Shown here one piece after another: positions 1-11,859 of a stretch of 37,985 nucleotides of DNA; position 1 is the first letter of the stretch; each line of letters opens with the position of its first letter. The notes below the pieces were generated by a model, which was not told the origin of the DNA, searched no databases, and saw only the letters and a list, made by a program, of their open reading frames with translations. Origin of the DNA: Bacteroidota bacterium (lineage in GTDB: Bacteria; Bacteroidota; Rhodothermia; Rhodothermales; Rubricoccaceae); NCBI GenBank assembly GCA_039024735.1, contig JBCCPW010000001.1:1-37985 (forward strand), given 5' to 3'. Both the position numbers and the translations under genes were made by a program.

Positions 1-714
1 CGCGATCACCTGCGGCAGTTCCCCGACGACGAGTTCATCGAACCCAAAGCCCTCGTTGCCGACCCCCGGGAAGCCGACCGTCACGGTCTCGTAGTCCGTG
101 TTCTTGTCGATGAAGCCGACGAAGTTGAGCTGACCGTCCCCAGGCTGGTCGCCGGTCGACCCAGAGTTCGGGATTGGCCCGTACCGGAGGGTGTCGACGG
201 CGCCAGGCCCGACGGGGTCTAGGATGAGGAGCACGAAGTCGACCGTCTCGACGTCGTTGAGATAGAATCCGAACGCGTTGACGGGCGTGGCGCCAAAGTC
301 AAACACGACATCCTGCCGACCGAAGAGGAAGTTGTCTCCGTCTGTCGGGTACACGCCGTTCTGCGTGTCGTTCGGGTTCTGGTTGACGAACCCGGCTGAG
401 GTCGCAGTTGCCGTGACCGTGATCGGCTGGCCGACGACAGCCCCGGAGAAGGTGAGGGCCTCCGAGAAGTTGGCGTTGTTGGAGGGATACGCGCTCGTGG
501 CCGTGAACGACTCGAAGCTCTGGTTCTGGATCGTCGCCGGGTCCAGGGCGGAGAGGAATGCTTGCCGTGCAATGAACGGCGCCCCATCCGTGAAGACGTA
601 CGGCGGACTGGACTGCGTCGGGAAGCGGCTGTCCTGTCCGTAGTACTGGACCGGTTGAGCCGTGACGAACGTGACCGATGCTGCGAGGAGCGCAATGAGA
701 GACGCGAGACGCAT
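1..714 (-). CDS. Secreted protein, 3' end beyond the window; tandem paralog of the N-terminal domain of 1001..3451, probably T9SS cargo
   Basis: Not in the ORF track because it runs off the window edge. Manual translation from ATG 714 gives MRLASLIALLAASVTFVTAQPVQYYGQD...ARQAFLSALDP...PTDGDNFLF...NAFGFYLNDVE...LNFVGFIDKNTDYE...NEGFGFDELVVGELPQV. It has a signal peptide and aligns motif by motif with the neighbour (YGQY, ARNQFLGDLDP, TSGDNYLY, SAFGAYISD, SFVGFTD, NEAFGFDDFVVGEINQV). Confidence 0.85.
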   Translation of the reverse strand, partial: MRLASLIALLAASVTFVTAQPVQYYGQDSRFPTQSSPPYVFTDGAPFIARQAFLSALDPATIQNQSFESFTATSAYPSNNANFSEALTFSGAVVGQPITVTATATSAGFVNQNPNDTQNGVYPTDGDNFLFGRQDVVFDFGATPVNAFGFYLNDVETVDFVLLILDPVGPGAVDTLRYGPIPNSGSTGDQPGDGQLNFVGFIDKNTDYETVTVGFPGVGNEGFGFDELVVGELPQVIA

Positions 715-932
715 AGGAAAAGGTGGCAAGGGGAGGGGCGGATGGTGGCCGGCCGGTATCGGTCGATGCACCCGGTCCTTGAATCAGTCTCGTTTCCTGT
801 ACCATCGCTCTTGCAGATCACCGAGGCGGTGCCCGCCTCGGCGTGAGCGTCCATCCGCCTCGGTGCCTCCACCGGTCGGCCTCTCGAGGTGGGACGCCGT
901 CGCCACCGCATCACCGGTTCTCTTAACGAAAG

Positions 933-972
933 CGCCCGCCTCGGTGCGCCGGAAACGGCACCGAGGCGGGCG
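933..972 (-). terminator. Motif-built hairpin downstream of 1001..3451, putative terminator or 3' stabiliser
   Basis: CGCCCGCCTCGGTGC (933-947) pairs perfectly with GCACCGAGGCGGGCG (958-972), about 30 nt past the stop codon. The U-tract is weak. Confidence 0.55.
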
Positions 973-1000
973 GGGAGGCGGACGGGCCGTGTGGCGTCGT

Positions 1001-3451
1001 CTATCGGACGAGCGTCACGCGGCGCGTCTCTCGCACGCCGGGCGCTTCCACGATCACGACATAGGCGCCCGGAGCGAGACCCTCGGTGGGGACCACGACG
1101 CTCGTTTCAGCGGCACCGAGGCGGTGCTGCCGCACGCGGCGTCCGAGGGCGTCGAAGACGGACAGGGTCGCGCCCGCGCCGACCTGCACGTCCAGGTGAA
1201 ACGCGCCGTTGGCGGGGTTCGGGACGGGCGTGCCCACGTAGGCACTCGGAGTCGCGGGCGCCTCGGCGTCCACCACAGCAGCGGTCGTCAGCACGAAGCG
1301 CGGCGCCCACTCGCCGTCGGTGGCCTCGGCGGCAAACGTGTACCGCTCGGCGCTGAGGTCGAGGATGGCGCCGGTCTCCAGATCGCGGAGCGTGCCCTGA
1401 AGACCCGCGCTCCGCCAGACGAGGTCGAACGTGCCCGCCTCGGTGACGAGGATCGAGAGCGGGACGGCGGCGGACCCGTGCGGGAGGGCCAACACGGCCT
1501 GTGCGCGGGGCTCTCCGTCGCGGGTGCCCATCGGGGCGATGAGGCCGACGGCGCCGCCCGGCCAGTCGGGCTTCGAGGCGTCCGTGCGGTCCCAGCCGTC
1601 CGTGGCGTCGTCGCGGAAGCGGATCCAGGTGGTCTCGTCGCGGGTGAGCGCCCCCGAGGCGGTCTCGCCGAACATCGCGAAGCGGATGGCCGCCTCCGCC
1701 TCGGGGCCGTCTTTGCCGTGGAACGGCGGCTCTTCCGTGGTGACCGCCGCGATGGGGTCGAAGAAGAAGGTGACGGGCTGCGTGATGTTGGTCGGGGCCG
1801 TCCCGACGGTTCCGTCCTTCGCGACCTCGATGAGCATCCCGTTCCACACCGCGATGGCGTTCTGCGGCGTGGGATCGTCGGGGCTTCCCATCGGTGGGGG
1901 CAGCGTCTCGAAGACCACCTCGTACGTGCCGGGGCCGTCCTGGTCGATGTCATCCCCTGTGCGCGGGTTGAGGCCGCTGGGGTTTCCGGGGTTCCAGATG
2001 AAGCCTTGCGCTGCCATCGTCCCGCCCGAGGCGGAGAGCGCGTTGAAGTCCATCGGGAAGGTGAACGGGTTGCCGACCATGTAGAAGTCGTCGTCGTTCG
2101 GGGTGATGGTGCCTGGAGGTGCTCCCGCCGTGGTGGGGTCTCCGTTGGGGGTCGTGAAGCCTGCGGGGCAGGTGGTGAAGCTGGAGGCGCAGTTGGTGTT
2201 GTCCGCGAACTCCTCGGAGAAGAGCCCCGTCAGCCTCGGGCCGGTCGCGGAGAGTTGGAAGTTGTCCAACTCCACGCTCACGCTCGTGCCGTCGCCGAAG
2301 GACGGGTCGTTCGGCGTGAAGGCCTGATCGTACCAGTACCACCAGAAGCCGCGTCCGGGGCGGAGGGTCGTGCCGGTCGTCGGGACGGGCACGTAGTCCC
2401 AGCGGGTGCCGCCCTGATAGGCGTCGTAGAAGTTGAATCCGGCGGAGGGGTACTGCGCCTGCGTCACGCCGTCGCCCGCGGGCACGCCGAGCACGACGTT
2501 CTGCTGCGCGAGGTCGTCCACGGTCACGTCGCGCACGGGCGCGGAGAGGAGCCGCCAGCCGGGCTCGTCCACCTGGTCCAGCACACGGTCGGTATCGGTC
2601 ACCACGGGCGGGCCGTTGACCTGGTTGATCTCTCCGACAACAAAGTCGTCGAAGCCGAATGCCTCGTTGTCTACCGGCGCGTTGTCCCGGCCGACGAAGC
2701 TGATGTCGATCCGCTCGTACCGGGTGTCTTCGTCGGTGAAGCCGACGAACGAGACCTGGTAGTTGCCGGGGAAGTCGCCGCGCGGGTCGTCGGTCTGGTT
2801 GTTCTCGTTGGTGACCGGACCGTAGTCCAGCACCACGGGCGTCCCGCCACCGAGGGGGGTCAGCGTGAGGCGAATCGTGTCGTACGCCTCGGTGTCGGAG
2901 ATGTACGCGCCGAAGGCCGAGAACGCGCGGGGTGCGCGGCCCGCGGTCACACTGCCGGGGGCGTACCGGATGCTGAGCGCGATCTCCGTCGAGTTGTCCG
3001 GGACGCTCGCGTCCACACCCGTGTTGACGCCATCGTAGCCCACGGCGTAGAGGTAGTTGTCTCCGCTCGTGGCCCAGGTCCCGAAGATGTTGCCGCTGGT
3101 CGGGTTCACAACCGCCGCGTTCCGCGCGAAGAGCTCGGCTGGGATCTCGGCGGCGCTGCCGTATCCATCGAACCGTGCGATGGTCTCGCTTTCGAGGGGA
3201 GAGTTCGGGGCGCGTGCTGGGGTCGTCGTCTGTGCGGTTTCGCTCTCGAAGTCGAAGAAGGAGATCGAGAGCGGGTCGAGGTCGCCGAGGAACTGATTGC
3301 GGGCCGTGGTGGCGCCGTTAGTAGCGGGAAGTGCCGAGACGGAGGCGGTCGGGACGTACTGGCCGTAGAACGTCTCCGGAGCCGCGTTCTGGGCCGAGGC
3401 GGACGTGGCGCCCAGGAGCAGGGCGCCCAGGAGGAAGTGCCGAATGGACAT
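1001..3451 (-). CDS. T9SS type A sorting domain-containing secreted protein (816 aa)
   Basis: Signal peptide MSIRHFLLGALLLGATSASAQ; internal PGWRLLSAP...GRGFWWYWYD module; C-terminal PVPNPA...SVFDALGRRV...GLAPGAYVVIV...RVTLVR typical of a T9SS CTD. Confidence 0.85.
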   Translation of the reverse strand: MSIRHFLLGALLLGATSASAQNAAPETFYGQYVPTASVSALPATNGATTARNQFLGDLDPLSISFFDFESETAQTTTPARAPNSPLESETIARFDGYGSAAEIPAELFARNAAVVNPTSGNIFGTWATSGDNYLYAVGYDGVNTGVDASVPDNSTEIALSIRYAPGSVTAGRAPRAFSAFGAYISDTEAYDTIRLTLTPLGGGTPVVLDYGPVTNENNQTDDPRGDFPGNYQVSFVGFTDEDTRYERIDISFVGRDNAPVDNEAFGFDDFVVGEINQVNGPPVVTDTDRVLDQVDEPGWRLLSAPVRDVTVDDLAQQNVVLGVPAGDGVTQAQYPSAGFNFYDAYQGGTRWDYVPVPTTGTTLRPGRGFWWYWYDQAFTPNDPSFGDGTSVSVELDNFQLSATGPRLTGLFSEEFADNTNCASSFTTCPAGFTTPNGDPTTAGAPPGTITPNDDDFYMVGNPFTFPMDFNALSASGGTMAAQGFIWNPGNPSGLNPRTGDDIDQDGPGTYEVVFETLPPPMGSPDDPTPQNAIAVWNGMLIEVAKDGTVGTAPTNITQPVTFFFDPIAAVTTEEPPFHGKDGPEAEAAIRFAMFGETASGALTRDETTWIRFRDDATDGWDRTDASKPDWPGGAVGLIAPMGTRDGEPRAQAVLALPHGSAAVPLSILVTEAGTFDLVWRSAGLQGTLRDLETGAILDLSAERYTFAAEATDGEWAPRFVLTTAAVVDAEAPATPSAYVGTPVPNPANGAFHLDVQVGAGATLSVFDALGRRVRQHRLGAAETSVVVPTEGLAPGAYVVIVEAPGVRETRRVTLVR

Positions 3452-3587
3452 AGCGAAGGGAAGCGAGGTGGGCTTCCCTATCGGCCGATCCTGTATCGAA
3501 TTAAAGAACGGTTTGTCCTCTTCTGGCGAAGGTGCTTCCGCCTCGGTGGTCTCCCGACCCCGGGCGACGTGCAGGTCGCGAACGAGA

Positions 3588-3629
3588 CCGCCCGCCTCGG
3601 TGCGCTCGTGAAGCGACCGAGGCGGGCGG
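3588..3629 (-). terminator. Motif-built hairpin downstream of the TIGR01777 gene
   Basis: CCGCCCGCCTCGGT (3588-3601) pairs with ACCGAGGCGGGCGG (3616-3629). Confidence 0.5.
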
Positions 3630-3701
3630 AGTCGGAGCGATCGTCAAGGTCTTGAGACCGTTCGAGATCGCGCTCGTCTTCCTGACGGGAGTGCCCGGTT
3701 G

Positions 3702-4649
3702 CTATGCCCCGCCTCGCCAGCGGTGGACGAGATTCTCTGCCGCGACCTCCCACGTGGGAAACTCAAACGTAAAGCCCTCGGCTGCGAGCCAACCCGGAAC
3801 GACGCGTCGGCTTTTGAGGACCAACTCGGTCTCTGTCCGTAGGAATCGGGCGCCGATTTCCAGCATCCATCGCGTCGCAGGAAGCCCGATTCGGGTGCCC
3901 CATGCCTTGCGCAGCTCTCGCATGAATGCCGCGTTCGGGAGCGGATGCGGGGCCGCGAGATTGACGGCGCCTGCGACGTGCTCGTGCGCGATGAGCCACC
4001 GGATCGCACGAATGAAATCCGCGTCGTGGATCCACGAGACGAACTGCCGTCCGCTGCCGGACGTGCCACCGAGGCCCCGCCGCACGAGTCCGAGGAGCGT
4101 GTCGAACACGCCGCCTCGGTCCGGGCTCATCACCATCGCGGAACGCATGAGCACGAGCCGCACGACGGGCGGGACGGTGGCTTCGGCTTCGTTCTCCCAC
4201 GCCCTCGCCACGTCGATGCTGAAGCGCCACGTCTCGGGCGCGTCGGGCTCATCGCCGCCGATGCGCCCGGTTGCCTCGTCGTTGGGGGCGTCGAAGCGAT
4301 GGGCGTAGATCGTGGCCGTGCTGGACTGGAGCCAGAGCGCAGGAGGACGAGAGACGCTCGCGAGGGCGCGGCCGAGCACGCGCGTCGCCACGCGCGAGTT
4401 CAGGATGGCCGCCCGGTTGGCCGGGGTGTAGCGGCAGTCGACGCTGCGCCCTGCGAGATTGATGAGCGCATCGGCACCGTCCAACTCATCCGTCCACTCG
4501 CCGAGAGTCGTCCCGTCCCACTGGACCGTCCGCCACGGCGCAGGTGCCGGGCTCCGGGTCAGGACCACGACCTCGTGCCCGTCCGCGTGGAAGGCTCGCG
4601 CGAGAAGCGTCCCGATCTGGCCGGACCCGCCAGAGAGGATGACGGTCAT
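3702..4649 (-). CDS. TIGR01777 family NAD-dependent epimerase/oxidoreductase (YfcH-like), 315 aa
   Basis: Rossmann motif VILSGGSGQIG, INLAGRSVDCRY, SSTATIY, GSGRQFVSWIH, and C-terminal LVLKSRRVVPGWLAAEGFTFEFP (DUF1731-like). Confidence 0.9.
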   Translation of the reverse strand: MTVILSGGSGQIGTLLARAFHADGHEVVVLTRSPAPAPWRTVQWDGTTLGEWTDELDGADALINLAGRSVDCRYTPANRAAILNSRVATRVLGRALASVSRPPALWLQSSTATIYAHRFDAPNDEATGRIGGDEPDAPETWRFSIDVARAWENEAEATVPPVVRLVLMRSAMVMSPDRGGVFDTLLGLVRRGLGGTSGSGRQFVSWIHDADFIRAIRWLIAHEHVAGAVNLAAPHPLPNAAFMRELRKAWGTRIGLPATRWMLEIGARFLRTETELVLKSRRVVPGWLAAEGFTFEFPTWEVAAENLVHRWRGGA

Positions 4650-4670
4650 GCGGGTAAAAGGGAAGGAGCC

Positions 4671-4735
4671 ACCCGCCTCGGTGCCCTCGCGGAGCGACCG
4701 AGGCGGGCGGAGTTCTCGCGACGCACCGAGGCGGG

Positions 4736-4736
<1 letters not shown>
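4671..4736 (-). terminator. Three-copy motif cluster and hairpin directly after the acnA stop
   Basis: ACCCGCCTCGGTGC (4671-4684) pairs with GCACCGAGGCGGGT (4723-4736), with an alternative partner copy at 4697. It abuts the acnA stop codon (4736-4738). Confidence 0.5.
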
Positions 4737-7465
<2,729 letters not shown>

Positions 7466-7714
7466 GCCAGAAGGGGAAACAGTACGCGGAGGATAGACGC
7501 CAGAGTCTACGCGGAAGCACCGAGGCGGTGCCGCCCGTGGCGGTGAAGCCCGAGCCCATTTCGGCCCGGCCAGCGGACAGGACCGCCTCGGTGTCTCCCC
7601 GGTGAGACCGAGGCGGAGTGGGGCCGCCCGATCCAATCGCGAGGGGTATCGGGCACGCTCGGGACGACCTCCGTATCGTGGGAGACGGTCCCACCCACCC
7701 GATTCAGTATCCCC

Positions 7715-10700
7715 TTGCGTCTCCTCACCCTCCTCGCTGCCACGTTCTTCGTGGTGCCCGCTGCCGCCCAGGCACCTGCGGCTTCGGCCTCTCCAGAGCC
7801 TACCGTGGTGCCCGCCACCCGCGTCAACACGTCAGTGCCGGTCCGCACGATGCGGCCCTCGACGACGCTCCGTCGCCAGGCTCCCATTCTCGTGCCCAAC
7901 AAGTTCCACGTCTTCGGCAAGGCGTTGGAGCCGGATCCGGTCTCAGGGTTCAAAGACCCCGTCCGGGACTTCGGAATGGCCGCGATGGCGCGCCGGGCTG
8001 CGCAGGGCAGCATCCTGCAAGACTTCGAGGCCACGCCGGTCGCGAACGTCGCCCCGCCGGATCCGAGCGGGGACGTCGGGCCGAACCACTACGTGCAGAT
8101 GGTCAACTCGCGCACGACCATCTTCGACCGCGCGGGCAACGTGCTCGTCGGGCCCGTCAACAACAACACGTTCTGGCAGGGCCTCGGTGGCCAGTGTGAA
8201 CTGAAGAACGACGGCGACCCCATCGTGCTCTACGACGAGATCGCCGATCGCTGGATGATTTCGCAGTTCGCCCTCAACCCGTACGCGTTCTGCGTCGCCA
8301 TCTCGGCCACACCAGACCCGACGGGCGCCTACCACCAGTACGAGTTCCCCTGGACGGAATTCCTGGACTACCCGAAGGTGGGGGTCTGGCCTGACGGGTA
8401 CTACGTGGGCATGAACACGTTCAGCGCGAGCACATTCAGCTTCCTCTACTCCGAGTACGTGGTCCTGGAACGGGACCAGATGCTCCAGGGGCTGCCCGCA
8501 CAGTCCATCCGTTTCCAGGACACCTCCACCTCCACGCCGCTGCCCGCCGATGTGGATGGTCCATCGCCGCCGCCCGGTACCTCGGGTCTGTTTACGGCCA
8601 TCAACGGGGGTCAGATCGCGGTGAACCAGCTCACGCCGGACTGGACCACGCCCTCCAATTCGACGCTCAATCGGCTCGCTACGCTTGCCACGCAGCCCTA
8701 CTCGTCCCGCACGGTCGGGATTCCGCAGCCGGGCACGTCTGACGGACTGGACCCCCTCAGTCCGCGCGGGATGTTTCGCACGCAGTATCGAAACCGGGGC
8801 ACGCATGGCATGCTCCTCTTCAACCACACCGTGGACGCGTCCGGCGTCGCGGGCGTGCGCTGGTACGAACTCCGCGACGGGGGCACTGGCACGTGGAGCA
8901 TCCACCAGCAGGGCACCTACGCCCCAACCGATGGCCTGCACCGCTGGATGGGATCCGTCGCGATGAACGGCAATGGTGACATCGGGGTCGGGTACTCCGT
9001 CTCGTCGAGTTCGGTCTTCCCGTCCATCCGTTTCGCGGGGCAGACAGCGGCCAACTCAGGCACGGGCGTCCTGGACATCCCTGAGACCGAGATCTTCGCC
9101 GGGACGGGCTCGCAGACCGGCACCGGCGTTGCCACCCGAGGCGTGGGCCGCTGGGGGGACTACACACACCTCGCCATCGACCCGACCGACGACGAGACGT
9201 TCTGGTACACCAACCAGTATTACCCGGCCACCTCCAGCTTCAACTGGCGCACGCGCGTGACGCAGTTCACCTTCGAGGATGTCGATCCTCCGGTACTCGC
9301 GGTCTCGCCGGGCGCCGTCTCGCTCGGGCTCGGCACGGACGAGATGGCCATGCGAGACGTGACGATCACCAACGCGGCCGCATCGGGTGCTGCGACGCTC
9401 CGGGTCACCCCGTCGCTGCAGAACTTCGTGCCCTCCGTTGACCCGTTCGTCGACTCCGACGATGCCGGGGGACCCGCGGTGGCGTTCCAGGACATCTCGG
9501 GAACGGGGACTGCGCTCGGGATCTCGAGCGACGACGACTCGCGCCAGACCGTCTCGCTTCCGTTTCTCTTCCCGTTCTACGGGACGGACCGGACGCAGAT
9601 CATCGTGAGCACCAACGGGTTCATCGCCATGAGCACGAACACGTCGGCCTTCGGGAATGAACCCATCCCGGACAGTTCGACGCCCAACGGTGTGATCGCT
9701 CCGTTCTGGGACGACCTCGACCCGAGTTCTGGCGGGACGATCTACTCGGGGACGCTGCCGGACGGTCGGTTCGTGATTCAGTGGGAGGAGGTCGTTCGCT
9801 TCAACACCTCCGCTCCCTTAACCTTCCAAGCCCTCCTCTCCAGCGATGGGACCATCGAGTTCCAGTACGAGACCATGAGCGGAACGCTCACCTCGGCCAC
9901 GGTCGGGGTTGAGAACGACGCCGGGACGGAGGGCATCGAGGTGGCGTTCAACGAGGCGTATGTGACCTCGAACAAGGCCGTTCGCATCCCGCGGACGCCT
10001 CCCTCGATCGGCTTCGCGAGCGTGCCCACCGGGATCGTTTCCGTCGAGCCAGGGGACTCCGAGGCCCTCCCGGTCTCGTTCGACTCGGCGCGGCTCCCGA
10101 CGGGGACGTACACCGCAGACCTGGTGTTGGCCTCCAACGATCCGTCCACCCCGAGCCTGACCGTCCCGCTGACGCTCATCGTCAACGGCGAGACCGCCAC
10201 AGCGACGATTGAAGGGACCCCGGGCTGGCGCCTCTTCGCGCCCGCCGCGACGGGGATGACCGTGGCCGACCTCGCCGAACTCAACCGCCTGAGCGGCATC
10301 CCCGGCTACGACGAGATCAACAACCCCGGCGGAAGCCCACCGTCCGTTCCGAACCTCTTCACCGGCTACGACGGCACCGCCCTCGTCGCACCGGCAGGAG
10401 GGAGCGACCCGCTCCGCCTCGGTGAGGGCTTCTGGTGGTACCTCTACGACGTGAACTACTCGGACGGACCGACGAACCAGAGCTACGCCCTGCCCTTCAC
10501 CCTCGCGACGGGCAATGCGCCGATGACCTCGGACGTGGACGTGGCCCTCCACGCCGACGGCGACAAGGTGAACCTGATCGGCAACCCGTTCGGCCAGAGC
10601 CTGGACCTGTCCACCGCGGGCTCGTGGCCGGGCGAGGAGAACCTCCTGGTGCCCATCTTCGCCATCTACGACTCGGGCGCGAACAGCTACTCGTTCTCCA

Positions 10701-11644
10701 CGACGACGCCCGTGGTGAGCGCGTGGCAGGGCTTCTATGCCTACGGCGAGACCGCGGGCACACTCACGATTCCGGAGACCGCGCGCACGACGGGCGGGAC
10801 GCTCCGCAAGGGACAGGTCGATGAGCGCGTCTTCCTTGCGCTCGAACTCACCGAGGCGGACGACCCCGCTGACGGCGAGGACCGGCTCGCCGACCGAGGC
10901 GCGGTGCTCTACTTCGACGAGTTGGCCTCGGCTGGAACCGACCCCTTCGACCTCGCGGAGTTCGCGCCGGTGGACGAGGCGTACGTCTCGCTCGCCTTCG
11001 GTGCCGAGGGGGCGGACGGGCAGACCGTTCTCCGCGGGCACGAGGGACGCTCGCCCGCAGACGGGGACCTGGAGATCCCGCTCCACGTCCGCGCGGTGGG
11101 AGCGAGCGGGTCGCTCACGCTCTCCTGGCCGTCGCTCGACCGTCTGCCAGACGACTGGGGCGTCACCCTGCGCGACCTGGACATGGGTACCGAGGTGGAT
11201 CTCCGCGAGCAGGCGAGCTACGCCTTCGACGTGGAGCCCGTGGCGGTCGCCCCTCGGGGGGCCTTCCGCACCCCCCGAATCCCGAGCGCCCCCGAGGCCC
11301 TCGCCACCGGGGATGCGTCGCCTCGGTTCGTGCTTCTCGTGTCCCCCGCAAAGGCGACCTCCACAGCAACGGATGCAGACGCCGCGTTCGCGCTTGCACC
11401 TCCGATGCCGAACCCAGCCCGCGAGCGGGCGACGCTGCGCTTCTCCCTCGCGACGCCCGGCGAGATCGCACTCTCGGTCTTCGACGTGCAGGGCCGGGAG
11501 GTGGCCCGCCTCGGTGAGGGCGCGTACGTCGCCGGGGACCACGCCGTGGTGTGGGACACGAGCACGCTGGCGGCGGGCGTGTACGTGGTGCGGCTCGTAT
11601 CCGCTGACGCGGTGCTGACGCAGCGGGCGGTAGTGGCGCGATGA
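7715..11644 (+). CDS. T9SS type A sorting domain-containing multidomain secreted protein (1309 aa, TTG start)
   Basis: Signal peptide; N-terminal [18 protein letters not shown] / GDPIVLYD / DYPK / RWGDY domain; Ig-like and nidogen-like ([10 protein letters not shown]) segments; GWRLF...GEGFWWY module; [17 protein letters not shown]...VFDVQGREV...[10 protein letters not shown]. Confidence 0.87.
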   Translation: MRLLTLLAATFFVVPAAAQAPAASASPEPTVVPATRVNTSVPVRTMRPSTTLRRQAPILVPNKFHVFGKALEPDPVSGFKDPVRDFGMAAMARRAAQGSILQDFEATPVANVAPPDPSGDVGPNHYVQMVNSRTTIFDRAGNVLVGPVNNNTFWQGLGGQCELKNDGDPIVLYDEIADRWMISQFALNPYAFCVAISATPDPTGAYHQYEFPWTEFLDYPKVGVWPDGYYVGMNTFSASTFSFLYSEYVVLERDQMLQGLPAQSIRFQDTSTSTPLPADVDGPSPPPGTSGLFTAINGGQIAVNQLTPDWTTPSNSTLNRLATLATQPYSSRTVGIPQPGTSDGLDPLSPRGMFRTQYRNRGTHGMLLFNHTVDASGVAGVRWYELRDGGTGTWSIHQQGTYAPTDGLHRWMGSVAMNGNGDIGVGYSVSSSSVFPSIRFAGQTAANSGTGVLDIPETEIFAGTGSQTGTGVATRGVGRWGDYTHLAIDPTDDETFWYTNQYYPATSSFNWRTRVTQFTFEDVDPPVLAVSPGAVSLGLGTDEMAMRDVTITNAAASGAATLRVTPSLQNFVPSVDPFVDSDDAGGPAVAFQDISGTGTALGISSDDDSRQTVSLPFLFPFYGTDRTQIIVSTNGFIAMSTNTSAFGNEPIPDSSTPNGVIAPFWDDLDPSSGGTIYSGTLPDGRFVIQWEEVVRFNTSAPLTFQALLSSDGTIEFQYETMSGTLTSATVGVENDAGTEGIEVAFNEAYVTSNKAVRIPRTPPSIGFASVPTGIVSVEPGDSEALPVSFDSARLPTGTYTADLVLASNDPSTPSLTVPLTLIVNGETATATIEGTPGWRLFAPAATGMTVADLAELNRLSGIPGYDEINNPGGSPPSVPNLFTGYDGTALVAPAGGSDPLRLGEGFWWYLYDVNYSDGPTNQSYALPFTLATGNAPMTSDVDVALHADGDKVNLIGNPFGQSLDLSTAGSWPGEENLLVPIFAIYDSGANSYSFSTTTPVVSAWQGFYAYGETAGTLTIPETARTTGGTLRKGQVDERVFLALELTEADDPADGEDRLADRGAVLYFDELASAGTDPFDLAEFAPVDEAYVSLAFGAEGADGQTVLRGHEGRSPADGDLEIPLHVRAVGASGSLTLSWPSLDRLPDDWGVTLRDLDMGTEVDLREQASYAFDVEPVAVAPRGAFRTPRIPSAPEALATGDASPRFVLLVSPAKATSTATDADAAFALAPPMPNPARERATLRFSLATPGEIALSVFDVQGREVARLGEGAYVAGDHAVVWDTSTLAAGVYVVRLVSADAVLTQRAVVAR

Positions 11645-11676
11645 CCCCCTAGCCGTTCACCGCTCGGTATCTCTCT

Positions 11677-11719
11677 CGGCCTGCCTCGGTGCTCCCCACG
11701 GAGCCACCGAGGCGGGCCG
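11677..11719 (+). terminator. Motif-built hairpin after 7715..11644
   Basis: CGGCCTGCCTCGGTG (11677-11691) pairs with CACCGAGGCGGGCCG (11705-11719), with one G-U pair. Confidence 0.5.
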
Positions 11720-11785
11720 CTGGGTACCCAAAAGGCTAGTTTTTGGGCATTTGAGGCTGGGGTGGCTTAGGTTTTGGCCGGAACG

Positions 11786-11809
11786 GCCGATCTGCCGATC
11801 TGCCGATCT
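11786..11809. repeat. Short tandem repeat (GCCGATCT)x3
   Basis: Read directly, upstream of 11860. Confidence 0.8.
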
Positions 11810-11859
11810 GTGGCTCTCGTGCGAGGGCCGCCATTCTCACACGCTGACCCCCCACCCCG

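Noticed and set aside
767-817. Weak similarity to 15577-15628 (TGCA...GG.CC.TG.ATCA...CCA...TGCAGA with similar spacing)
   Set aside because: Identity is low and patchy, and no shared fold could be established. It may be chance; a covariance search would be needed.
662-3655. 997-aa plus-strand ORF, and similar long ORFs at 4781..7546, 9818..11542, 21733..23139, 23638..25785 and 35257..37020
   Set aside because: These are antisense shadows of real genes. Strong G/C third-position bias removes stops on the opposite strand, and the translations are R/G/V-rich with no recognisable domains.
7466-7636. N-terminal extensions given by the ORF track for acnA, and likewise for the OmpA protein, rpsT, bactofilin, atpB, atpF, the DUF3471-like protein, MocR and the DUF4864-like protein
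   Set aside because: The extensions are low-complexity, run through motif hairpins or neighbouring genes, and precede the recognisable family N-terminus. Starts were trimmed.
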